DNA of 26,040 nt from a virus (IMGVR_UViG_3300024429_000030:1-26040); one strand, 5' to 3'. Counted from the first letter of the stretch, positions 1 to 8,222 are shown. The notes: generated from the letters alone by a model not told the origin. Translations and numbers: made by a program.

Positions 1-1
1 C

Positions 2-166
2 ATGTCGAAAGTGTGGAGAAGAAGACTTTTGTTAGGATGGTGGGCAGTTCTGCCAACGTGCATTGTTGTCGGCGTCTTGACTGCCATACTGTTTGGGGCT
101 GATGAAGCGAAAAAAGAATGCCGCTATGTCATTGATGCATATTGGCACGGGATAGATCATTCCTAG
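2..166 (+). CDS. Small putative membrane protein, 54 aa (MSKVWRRRLLLGWWAVLPTCIVVGVLTAILFG...), possibly 5'-truncated
   Basis: Translated by hand: ATG at 2 to TAG 164-166; basic N-terminus then one hydrophobic segment; below the ORF-track size cutoff; overlaps the inferred TerL start. Confidence 0.55.
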   Translation: MSKVWRRRLLLGWWAVLPTCIVVGVLTAILFGADEAKKECRYVIDAYWHGIDHS

Positions 167-1595
167 CCTCCAGATCCCCGAAAAGCTAGAGCGTATTCTC
201 ACCACCAAGGCCCGCCTCGTTGTGGTCATAGGTGGCCGATCCTCCGCCAAGTCCGAGAGCCTCGGCCGTATCCTCCTCATGAAGTCTCAGACAGAGGCAG
301 CGGATATTCTCTGCGGCAGGGAGTATCAGAATTCCATAGCCGACTCAGTACACAAGCTCATCAAGTCCCTCATCCCCAAGACAGGGGCCGAGGGCTTCGA
401 CGTTGTTGACCACAAGATTGACTGTGTGACTGGTGGTGGCTTCCGATTCAAGGGCTTCAGCCGCAACACAGAGGCTGTTAAGTCGGCGCAGGATTTCAAA
501 TATAGCTGGGTCGAGGAGGCGCAGTCACTCTCTCAGCAGTCGATAGACGATCTTCTCCCCACCATCCGCGCTGCCGGGTCCAAGCTATTCTTCACCGCCA
601 ATCCTCAGTCTTCAGCGGATCCGTTCTCTAAACGCTTCATCGTACCCTACATATCTGATCTTCAGAAACACGGATTCTACGAGGACGATCTACACCTCGT
701 TATCCTAATGAACTGGCGAGACAACCCATGGCATGGTGAGCTTGAGAGCCAGCGCATGTGGGACTTCAACAACCTTCCCCGCGCCAAGTACGATCACATA
801 TGGGAAGGCGCCTTTAACGATTCAGTCGAGGATGCCTTGATCCACTCCGAATGGTTCGACGCCTGCGTAGATGCCCACACCAAGCTTGGCTTCGCTCCGA
901 TAGGCGTCAAGATAGCAGCACACGACCCTTCCGACCTGGGCGAAGACTCCAAGGGCTACGCAATGCGGCACGGCTCCGTGGTCCTTGATGTGCAGGAGAA
1001 GACCACCGGAGACATCAATGAGGGCGGAGACTGGGCAACAGGGCTTGCACTACAACAGGGCATAGACGCCTTCACCTGGGACTGCGACGGAATGGGTGTG
1101 GGGCTCAACAGGCAGGTGGCCAGGGCTTTTGACGGTAAGCACACTGTGTTGTCAATGTTCAAGGGAAGCGAAGGGGTGGACTTCCCCGAGGCCATCTACC
1201 AGCCGTCTGAAGCCTCTGGCATTCAGGAACAGAAGACGCACAAGGAAGTGTTCAAGAACAAGAGGGCCCAATATTACTTCAGCCTCCGCGACCGTGTGTA
1301 TCGCACATACCGCGCCGTTGAATTCGGAGAGTATGCGGATCCTGACCAGATGATAAGCTTCTCCTCCGAGATTACAGCACTCCAGGCGCTCAGGTCTGAG
1401 CTGTGCCGGATGCCAATCAAGCCGAACAGCAACGGGCTTTGTGAGCTGTACCCGAAACCCGAAATGAAGAGCAAGTTCAAGTTCAAGTCGCCCAACCTGT
1501 CCGACTCTGTTATGATGCTTATGCGTCATGTGCAGAAGGTCAATGTTGCGGTGAGGATGCCGCAGCCGTTGAAGGCCAGGGAGCGGCGAAGATAA
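159..1595 (+). CDS. terL: Terminase large subunit (PBSX/Terminase_3-like); probable start ATT at 159 (track calls GTG at 222)
   Basis: Walker A-like VIGGRSSAKS, GREYQNSIADSV, Walker B YSWVEEAQ, PTIR, FTANP coupling motif, RNase H-like nuclease (AHDPS, WDCDGMG, SPNLSDSVMM); directly upstream of portal; frame open back to TAG 153-155. Confidence 0.95.
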   Translation: MPSLQIPEKLERILTTKARLVVVIGGRSSAKSESLGRILLMKSQTEAADILCGREYQNSIADSVHKLIKSLIPKTGAEGFDVVDHKIDCVTGGGFRFKGFSRNTEAVKSAQDFKYSWVEEAQSLSQQSIDDLLPTIRAAGSKLFFTANPQSSADPFSKRFIVPYISDLQKHGFYEDDLHLVILMNWRDNPWHGELESQRMWDFNNLPRAKYDHIWEGAFNDSVEDALIHSEWFDACVDAHTKLGFAPIGVKIAAHDPSDLGEDSKGYAMRHGSVVLDVQEKTTGDINEGGDWATGLALQQGIDAFTWDCDGMGVGLNRQVARAFDGKHTVLSMFKGSEGVDFPEAIYQPSEASGIQEQKTHKEVFKNKRAQYYFSLRDRVYRTYRAVEFGEYADPDQMISFSSEITALQALRSELCRMPIKPNSNGLCELYPKPEMKSKFKFKSPNLSDSVMMLMRHVQKVNVAVRMPQPLKARERRR

Positions 1596-1620
1596 ACACA
1601 ACCCGACATCCACACAGAAG

Positions 1621-1646
1621 AGGCTCCCACGACGGGGGCCTTTTTT
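1621..1646 (+). terminator. Rho-independent terminator after terL
   Basis: AGGCTCCC-acgac-GGGGGCCT stem followed by a T run. Confidence 0.85.
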
Positions 1647-1661
1647 GTGCTGACTTTTCGC

Positions 1662-1690
1662 TTGACGATAGCTCTAGGGTAAGTTATGGT
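1662..1690 (+). promoter_or_regulatory. Sigma70-like promoter of the moron
   Basis: TTGACG (1662-1667), 17-bp spacer, TATGGT (1685-1690); GAGGAGG SD before ATG 1723. Confidence 0.7.
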
Positions 1691-1722
1691 TAGGTACACA
1701 CTAACGAGAGGAGGGCATAATA

Positions 1723-1941
1723 ATGTGGTATGTTCTTAACAGACTGTTTGGCTGGGATTATGTGGCATGGTCAAACTCGGCGGCCCAAGGAGTGGCTCGC
1801 GTACACAATGACGGTACAGGCAGATGTTATTACTGGAGATACAAGGGCACTCAACTGGCAGACGAAATAAAAACAGAAGAACAAGTGTTTTGGCTGACAT
1901 GTGAACCGTCTAAGTACTTAGTTAAAACGGAGGCCCAATGA
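1723..1941 (+). CDS. Hypothetical protein, 72 aa, aromatic-rich (moron gene 1)
   Basis: Strong SD, ATG start, ATGA overlap with next gene. Confidence 0.8.
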   Translation: MWYVLNRLFGWDYVAWSNSAAQGVARVHNDGTGRCYYWRYKGTQLADEIKTEEQVFWLTCEPSKYLVKTEAQ

Positions 1942-2165
1942 AAAACCTAACCCCCGGCTGCTACTGCATCCATGAGTGGAAGAGGCGGAAGGATGAATCA
2001 CAGACCCGTGCATACAGCCCAGGCATGCAGCGTCTTAGGGATGCCGAGCGAGCGCGCACCGCATATGTGTCATCATTATTGCAAGGAGTTGGAGCTATAG
2101 AACCCCGACCATCTAGTCCCCAGCCAGAGAGCCCAAAAAACCCATGGTGGAGGTTCTGGAAATGA
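1938..2165 (+). CDS. Hypothetical protein, 75 aa, ending in KNPWWRFWK (moron gene 2)
   Basis: GGAGG SD; ATGA overlaps at both ends. Confidence 0.7.
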   Translation: MKNLTPGCYCIHEWKRRKDESQTRAYSPGMQRLRDAERARTAYVSSLLQGVGAIEPRPSSPQPESPKNPWWRFWK

Positions 2166-2344
2166 CACCACAAGACATCAAGGCCATCCGCCTCCGCAAA
2201 GGATGGACGCAGACCGAGCTAGGCGACTACTGCGGCGTCCTGGGTCAGGCTGTGTGCCATTGGGAGCGTGGGAACAAGCCACCGGGGAGGCTTGCGCGGA
2301 AGAGGTTGGAGGAGTTGACAAGCCAGGAAGGTGGAATCAGGTGA
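2162..2344 (+). CDS. XRE/Cro-family helix-turn-helix protein, 60 aa (moron gene 3)
   Basis: IKAIRLRKGWTQTELGDYCGVLGQAVCHWERGNKPP is a typical HTH_3 pattern; ATG 2162 overlaps upstream TGA, GGAGG upstream. Confidence 0.85.
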   Translation: MTPQDIKAIRLRKGWTQTELGDYCGVLGQAVCHWERGNKPPGRLARKRLEELTSQEGGIR

Positions 2345-2514
2345 TGCACATAGGCTACCTTGAAGACGGGAGAAAGATACTCATATCAACATCTAAATTT
2401 GAAATATTGCACCTCACGAAAGACGGGAAAGAAGAGCCAACGTTATATGCTGTCGTACTAACAGAGGAAATGGAGAACGTTATAAGACAAGGCAACTACG
2501 GATTGAGCGCATAA
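2344..2514 (+). CDS. Hypothetical protein, 56 aa (MHIGYLEDGRK...; moron gene 4)
   Basis: TGATG coupling to the HTH gene; 3' part of track ORF 2203..2514. Confidence 0.65.
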   Translation: MHIGYLEDGRKILISTSKFEILHLTKDGKEEPTLYAVVLTEEMENVIRQGNYGLSA

Positions 2515-2543
2515 TAGCACCTACAACAACACGGATATTTGCA

Positions 2544-2582
2544 GAAGAAAGGCGGTTCCCAATCCTGGAGCCGCCTTTCTTC
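2544..2582. terminator. Long hairpin, probable (bidirectional) terminator closing the moron
   Basis: GAAGAAAGGCGGTTCC-caatcct-GGAGCCGCCTTTCTTC, 16-bp stem with one G-U. Confidence 0.75.
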
Positions 2583-2600
2583 GTGCCTAAATAATAACCA

Positions 2601-2629
2601 TTGCGGTAAACGAAACGAAATGCTAATAT
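2601..2629 (+). promoter_or_regulatory. Candidate promoter for the portal/structural operon
   Basis: TTGCGG, 17 bp, TAATAT with TG extension at 2621-2622; spacer contains AAACG repeats. Confidence 0.45.
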
Positions 2630-2669
2630 AGCCGCATTAGGCGCAACGTATCAGGGAGCCGTGCGGCAT

Positions 2670-4796
2670 ATGGATCTAAAGAAACTAAAGTCGCTTCACG
2701 ATAAAGCCTTTTCGCACGGTCAGGTTGTCCGCGAACAGGCAGCTAATGACAGCACCTTCTATTGGATAACGCAATGGGATGACAACTCCCTGTCTGACTC
2801 GCAAAGCCTCTTCCGTGGTGAATTCAACATCATCCGCAAAGCTGGCAGGCAGATCATGGCTGACCTTGCCTCCAATCCCGTCTCTATAGACTTCTCTCCC
2901 AAAGCCGACAGCCGAGACGATGGTGCTGACCTCATCGACGGCCTGTATCTGTCCAGTCTCCGCAACAACCAAGCTATAGAGTCCTTTGGCAATGCCGACA
3001 ACGAGGCTGTTGTGTGTGGCGTAGGTGCTTGGGTCCTCTACACCGATTACGAGTCTACGCGTAGTGGCGACAACCACCAGGTAATCCTCCGCAAGCCTGT
3101 CTATGAAGCCAACAACGGCCTCTTCTGGGACCCCAACGCGAAGCTGGCCGACAAGTCAGACGCCGATTATGTGTCTGTACTCTATACCTATTCGGAAGAC
3201 GGATACAACAAGCTCGTTGAAGACTTGACCGGCGAAGAGTCTACGGGCATGGGTCCATCCTTTGCTTCGCCCGATGAGTCCTACGTGTTCCCCTGGTTCG
3301 GAGAGAATGCCAAGGTTTACGTTACGGAATTCTATCACCGCGAGAAAGTCAAAGACAAAATTTTAACTATGGTTGATCCGTTCGACCAGACGTTGCAGCT
3401 TCGGGAGTCGGATCTCGAAGATGTAATGGATGACATGATTGACTCTGGTTACACCATCGAGTCGGAAAAAGTCATTGAGCGGTGGCAGGTCACTAAGTAC
3501 ATAGCTTCTGGCAGTGATATTCTCAACGGTGAAATAGGGGAAGATGGCGATAGGGTAGGCGAGGTAATAGCAGGTGAGAATATCCCTGTGGTTCCAGAGT
3601 ACGGGGAACGTGCCTTCATCGAAGGTGAAGAGTATTACGAAGGCATCACCCGCCTTGCCAAAGACCCACAGCGTCTCCGTAATTTCCAGATGTCCTACCT
3701 TGCCGACATCGTAAGTCGTTCGCCCCGGCCTAAGCCCATCTTCTTCCCGGAAGAGATTCAAGGCTTTGAGCATATGTATGAGGAGGCCGGGTCAGAAAAC
3801 AATCTGCCGTATTACCTGAGAAATAGACTCTCGGCAAACGGAGAGCCTCTTAACATGGGCGATCCTGCACGGATGCCCGAGCAGCCTATACCCTCTGCAC
3901 TCATTGCATCAATCAACCTCTCCCGTGAAGCCGTGGCCGATGTTGCTAACCCTGGCCTTCCTCAAGACATAGCGGATCCTGACCTGTCCGGTAAGGCCGT
4001 GTATGCCCTCCAGAACCGTCTCGATCAGCAAAGCATGGTCTACCAGACGAACCGGAAACACGCAAGGCGCAGGGATGCCGTTATCTACGCTTCCATGGCA
4101 TCAGAGATTCACGACGCCCCCCGGAATGTGACTATCACCAAGCCGGATGGGGCTAGGGAGAACGTGCAGATTATGGAGATGGTGATCGACAAGGAGACGG
4201 GTGAGCCTACCGTCCTTAACGACATCACCAACATGGAGTTTGAGGTATTTGCCGACATTGGGCCTTCCTACACATCCCAGAAGCAGCAAGACCGCGACTC
4301 TCTCGAAACCCTCATCAGCAGACTTCCTACTGGCGACCCCATGGGGAACGCTCTCATGCTGAAGTACATTATGCTGATGGATGGTATCTACTTCGAGGAC
4401 ATGCGCAAATATGCCAATAAGCAGCTCCTCCTCACCGGCATCAAAGAGCCTGAGACAGACGAAGACAAGGCCATTGTCCAGCAGGCGCAGGAAGCCTCAC
4501 AGGGCCAAGATGATCCCAACATGGTACTTGCCATGGCAGAGGACAAGAAGGGCGATGCGGCGTTGATGGAGGCCCAGCGGAAGGGTGTCGAGACGAAAGC
4601 CAAGATTGTCAACGAGCAAGGTAAGCTCCAAGTGTCTGTCTTTGAAGCTCAGACCGGCAGAATGAATAGCCAAGTTGACGCTGAGAAGGCTGGAGCAGAC
4701 ATCAGATATAAAAAAATAGAGACATTCGGCAAGCAGCTTGAGAATGCCGCTAAAGCATCAGGTTTTCGGGCTAGTGTGAATCAGCCCAGACTATAG
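2670..4796 (+). CDS. Portal protein, P22 gp1-like
   Basis: ~709 aa; QWDD, RGEFNII, DPNAKLADKSDA, IPVVPEYGER, AKDPQRLRNFQMSYLADIVSRSP, DIGPSYTSQKQ motifs; C-terminal coiled coil; AGGGAG SD fits ATG 2670 better than GTG 2661. Confidence 0.95.
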   Translation: MDLKKLKSLHDKAFSHGQVVREQAANDSTFYWITQWDDNSLSDSQSLFRGEFNIIRKAGRQIMADLASNPVSIDFSPKADSRDDGADLIDGLYLSSLRNNQAIESFGNADNEAVVCGVGAWVLYTDYESTRSGDNHQVILRKPVYEANNGLFWDPNAKLADKSDADYVSVLYTYSEDGYNKLVEDLTGEESTGMGPSFASPDESYVFPWFGENAKVYVTEFYHREKVKDKILTMVDPFDQTLQLRESDLEDVMDDMIDSGYTIESEKVIERWQVTKYIASGSDILNGEIGEDGDRVGEVIAGENIPVVPEYGERAFIEGEEYYEGITRLAKDPQRLRNFQMSYLADIVSRSPRPKPIFFPEEIQGFEHMYEEAGSENNLPYYLRNRLSANGEPLNMGDPARMPEQPIPSALIASINLSREAVADVANPGLPQDIADPDLSGKAVYALQNRLDQQSMVYQTNRKHARRRDAVIYASMASEIHDAPRNVTITKPDGARENVQIMEMVIDKETGEPTVLNDITNMEFEVFADIGPSYTSQKQQDRDSLETLISRLPTGDPMGNALMLKYIMLMDGIYFEDMRKYANKQLLLTGIKEPETDEDKAIVQQAQEASQGQDDPNMVLAMAEDKKGDAALMEAQRKGVETKAKIVNEQGKLQVSVFEAQTGRMNSQVDAEKAGADIRYKKIETFGKQLENAAKASGFRASVNQPRL

Positions 4797-4884
4797 CACC
4801 ACCCTACAGAGGCGTCCTGGTTAAACGCAACGCTACCCATAGCGCAAATGGGGCTATCGTGGCAACGACGAGAGGACAACGTTG

Positions 4885-5907
4885 ATGAGTATGACTCTGG
4901 CAGAGCTGAAGGAGCAAAACGCTGCAAAAGAACTTGAAGCCGCAAAGCCTCCGCAGGCTGAGGCGGAAGAGGAAGAGATTGTAGCGGATGAGGTGGCAAC
5001 GGACGAACCCGGCAAGGTTGCGGAACCTGGCGGGGAAGACGATACCATCGAATCAGAGCCCTGGATGCTCAGCGATGAACAGACATCGCAGGAAGAAGGC
5101 GGCGAAAAGGCATTCACCGGAAGCGATATCGCAGCGGCAAAGAGAAAGCTGCGCGCTAAGCTCGAAAAGAGCAACGATGAAGTTGCAGATCTCCGAGCCG
5201 AAATCGAGAAACTGAAGACGCAAAGGTTGGCTCCGGCAGCAAGTCACGACTCGCACCAAGCCATTAAGCGGCCCATGCTCAACGATTTCGACACCACCGA
5301 TGAGTACGGGGAAGCTCTTGACGAATACATCGAGGCCAAGACCCTGGCAACGGTGCAGAAGGCGACCAACGGGCAGGCACAGACAGCCCAGCAGGAGCAA
5401 GCCAAGGAAGCATTTACCGCCGCCGTAGATCAGCATTATGAAAGGGCCGCAACCCTGGCTGAGAAATATGGCATCACCGCAGAAGTCTATCAACAGGCAG
5501 ACCTTGCGGTAAGGACAGCCATCGAACAGATTATGCCGAACCAAGGCGATTTGGTTACTGACCAACTCATCAACTCCATCGGTGAGGGTTCGGAAAAAGT
5601 CATGCTCTACGTGGGCAGAAACAAGGGCAAGACTGCGCAGCTCCAGCAGGCCCTTTTGTCGGATCCCACCGGCATGAAAGCTGTTGCATTTCTCGGCAGG
5701 ATGAGCGGCGAAGTCACCGCACCTAAAAAACGAAACAGTCAAGCACCTAAGCCTGCAACGCAGCTTAAAGGTGGATCAGCCGTGCCAGTGTCAGCCGAAG
5801 CCAAAGCATTGAGAAAGACGTATCAGGCTGCGAAAGGCAATCCCCAGGCACGATACGATGCACGGAAAGCAGCAAGGAAGGCAGGGCTTGACCCTAGCGA
5901 CTGGTAA
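4885..5907 (+). CDS. Scaffolding protein (P22 gp8 position)
   Basis: Between portal and coat; acidic N-terminus, helical coiled-coil body, basic C-terminal helix-turn-helix; GAGAGGA SD. Confidence 0.85.
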   Translation: MSMTLAELKEQNAAKELEAAKPPQAEAEEEEIVADEVATDEPGKVAEPGGEDDTIESEPWMLSDEQTSQEEGGEKAFTGSDIAAAKRKLRAKLEKSNDEVADLRAEIEKLKTQRLAPAASHDSHQAIKRPMLNDFDTTDEYGEALDEYIEAKTLATVQKATNGQAQTAQQEQAKEAFTAAVDQHYERAATLAEKYGITAEVYQQADLAVRTAIEQIMPNQGDLVTDQLINSIGEGSEKVMLYVGRNKGKTAQLQQALLSDPTGMKAVAFLGRMSGEVTAPKKRNSQAPKPATQLKGGSAVPVSAEAKALRKTYQAAKGNPQARYDARKAARKAGLDPSDW

Positions 5908-5918
5908 GGAGTCAAGAA

Positions 5919-7196
5919 ATGGCAGATACAGGAAAGATTGTTGAGGTCCTCTTTGAGAAGACCATCGAAACTTACGAGCATCAGGAGCAGCTCCTCGGGC
6001 TGGTGAATCACTTCGAGCCCCCTAGTGACAGGATGCAGAACAGCAACAACTTCATTTGGCGACCGGTGCAGCAACATGCGCCGATCATCGACGGTTTTGA
6101 TGTTTCGGGCAAAGCTACCGACATCATTGAGGAAACCTACCCGGCTATCCTCGGCACTCCCGCGAATGATGTCTTTACGCAGCGCGTCGATGATCTCCGT
6201 GACCTCCAGTTCTGGGAGCGTCGTGGCGAGCAGTCGGGCATGAGGCAGGCAACCGAGCTCAACAAGAGGATTGCGGCTCTGGTTGCAAATACCGGCTCTC
6301 TTTTCTACCGGTCCAATGCGTCCAGTGGTTATCCCTTCATCGCTGAGGGTCAGGCCATCCTCAATGAGCGGCAGTCGGCTCCTGACATGCGTTACTTCTG
6401 CCTCAACGACAGGGACACCCTGACCTACTCCAGCGATCTTGCTGCACGGCAGACCCTCCAGGGCCGCCCCGAGGATCAGGCGTGGGTCAAGGGGCAGATC
6501 GGCACTAACGTTGCAGAATTCGACGTTATGACTGGCTCTTATCTCCCCAACCTCACCGGAGGGGCTAACCCTGCAACGACCGTCACGGCAGATGTAAGCG
6601 AGGTGCCCGAAGGCGGTAGCGTCAATGCAACCACCGGCGTTGTCACCAATGTGGACTATCGTATCGGCACCATCGCAGTCACGGCGACCGCATCGTACAA
6701 TGTTGGAGATAGAATTTCCTTTTCCAACAGCGCCGTGCCGGTGCAGTCTGTCGGACTTGCCGACAAGAACCCCAGCGGGGAGGCCATGACCTTTGTCATT
6801 ACGGCCATCCCTGACGGAACCACCATTCAGGTGTTCCCGAAGCCGATTGCCCTGGATGATTCTGCACTCTCTGACCTGGAAGCGGCTTATGCCAACATCG
6901 ACACCCAGATCCTCAACACTGCAACTGTTGACCGTCTCAACGTCGATGCCAGCGCCAAGGTCAATATCTTCTGGTGCAAGAATTCCATCGAGGTTCTCGG
7001 AGGTGATGCCCCCATTCAGCTCCTCAGCGAGTTCGGCGGGATGAAGGTTATCTCCAGCACCATGAAAAACGGCCAGAAGATGTACATGGCATACGACGGA
7101 GATATCGACACTCTCAACTTCAAGTGCCGCCTCTTTACTTGGTACGGCCTCACTAATGCCAACCCTTCGGCAAACGGTGTTGCCATTTCCTTCTAA
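5919..7196 (+). CDS. Major capsid protein, P22 gp5-like
   Basis: 425 aa; MQNSNNFIWRPVQQHAP, DDLRD, I-domain-like insertion (GDRISFS...FVIT), NIFWCKNSIEV, CRLFTWYG; TAAGGAG SD. Confidence 0.95.
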   Translation: MADTGKIVEVLFEKTIETYEHQEQLLGLVNHFEPPSDRMQNSNNFIWRPVQQHAPIIDGFDVSGKATDIIEETYPAILGTPANDVFTQRVDDLRDLQFWERRGEQSGMRQATELNKRIAALVANTGSLFYRSNASSGYPFIAEGQAILNERQSAPDMRYFCLNDRDTLTYSSDLAARQTLQGRPEDQAWVKGQIGTNVAEFDVMTGSYLPNLTGGANPATTVTADVSEVPEGGSVNATTGVVTNVDYRIGTIAVTATASYNVGDRISFSNSAVPVQSVGLADKNPSGEAMTFVITAIPDGTTIQVFPKPIALDDSALSDLEAAYANIDTQILNTATVDRLNVDASAKVNIFWCKNSIEVLGGDAPIQLLSEFGGMKVISSTMKNGQKMYMAYDGDIDTLNFKCRLFTWYGLTNANPSANGVAISF

Positions 7197-7200
7197 GCCA

Positions 7201-7227
7201 ACGGCGGGGGCCTCAAAACCCCCGCCG
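7201..7227 (+). repeat. GC-rich hairpin copy 1 (no U-tract) after the capsid gene
   Basis: aCGGCGGGGG-cctcaaaa-CCCCCGCCG, then TGAGGAG SD. Confidence 0.75.
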
Positions 7228-7243
7228 CAGTGAGGAGAACGCT

Positions 7244-8176
7244 ATGACTACTAAGAAATTCGTCCAAACATGCACAACTCTTGAGACTACCAATAGGGTG
7301 ATCGCCAGCCTTGCGGCTAGTCTTGTTCCCCCCGAAAACACCTATTATGTCTCTCGCAACGTGGGAAAGTCTGGCGATGGGAAGTCGTGGGACGAGGCTT
7401 TCGTCACAATCGGAGAGGCAGTTGCTGCGGTAAACCTCGCGTATGATCTGGCTCAATTCCCGACCCGTGGGCGGAATACGGTTATTGTCGTTGACGAAGG
7501 GTGGTACTCTGAGACTCCGCTCACCCTCACCGCAAGTGATTGCCATATCATCGCAGCCGCTCCAGGCTCTCACGATTCCACAGTCTTGTACGGAAGTGCT
7601 ACGGCTGGCGGCTTTGACGGGCCTTCCGGTGCTCCTGCATTGACCTCCACCGGCAGCAACAACACTATCGAAGGGTTGGGCATGTTCACGCATGACCCTC
7701 TCTTCCCGAGCCTGTCGCTCGGAGTGAATGGTACTGCCAGCTTTGGGAACAAGGCTGTCGGATGCAGCTTTATTCGAGACGTGGATGATGGCTCTCTTGG
7801 TGGAGTCCTGGATCTTGGCGAAGATGGGTCCGTTATTGAAGGCTGCTTCTTCTCTACGTCCTGCAAAGACTACGGCATTCGAACCGCCTCAAATGGCCTC
7901 ACCAACCCAGTCAATCCGGTCTACAAATTCAACAGGTTCGTGGGCTGTCCCGCTGGAATCGTTCAGGATGCAGGGCATGATGTGTTCTGCCATGGAAATT
8001 GGTTCATGGACGATACTTCCGATAGGCCCGGAACTATGGCGACTCCGATTGTCTGCAATGCTACCAGTAACTATTCCTCGTCCAACTGGAGCATGTCTAC
8101 CAACAAGGCTGGCATTGTGACAGGAGCCGGAACCATTGCCGAAGCTGGCAACTACGGTACTGACTCCGCCACCTAA
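7244..8176 (+). CDS. Right-handed beta-helix (pectin lyase-like) protein, putative head decoration/fibre, 310 aa
   Basis: YYVS..G..GDGKSWDEAFVTIGEAV motif typical of beta-helix N-termini; repeated IEGCFF/FNRFVG/HGNWF-type rungs; lies in the head module. Confidence 0.6.
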   Translation: MTTKKFVQTCTTLETTNRVIASLAASLVPPENTYYVSRNVGKSGDGKSWDEAFVTIGEAVAAVNLAYDLAQFPTRGRNTVIVVDEGWYSETPLTLTASDCHIIAAAPGSHDSTVLYGSATAGGFDGPSGAPALTSTGSNNTIEGLGMFTHDPLFPSLSLGVNGTASFGNKAVGCSFIRDVDDGSLGGVLDLGEDGSVIEGCFFSTSCKDYGIRTASNGLTNPVNPVYKFNRFVGCPAGIVQDAGHDVFCHGNWFMDDTSDRPGTMATPIVCNATSNYSSSNWSMSTNKAGIVTGAGTIAEAGNYGTDSAT

Positions 8177-8180
8177 ACAC

Positions 8181-8208
8181 ACGGCGGGGGCTTAACGGCC
8201 CCCGCCCG
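8181..8208 (+). repeat. GC-rich hairpin copy 2 (no U-tract)
   Basis: acGGCGGGGGC-ttaacg-GCCCCCGCC, then TGAGGA SD; first 11 nt identical to copy 1. Confidence 0.75.
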
Positions 8209-8222
8209 TAATGAGGAATGCC

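Noticed and set aside
222-224. GTG as TerL start
   Set aside because: Falls within the strand leading into Walker A and lacks an SD; protein-like sequence continues 21 codons upstream
2203-2343. N-terminal half of track ORF 2203..2514
   Set aside because: Overlaps the HTH gene out of frame; coupled start at 2344 is more plausible
5053-5742. 229-aa minus-strand ORF
   Set aside because: Lies wholly opposite the scaffold gene; no recognisable motif
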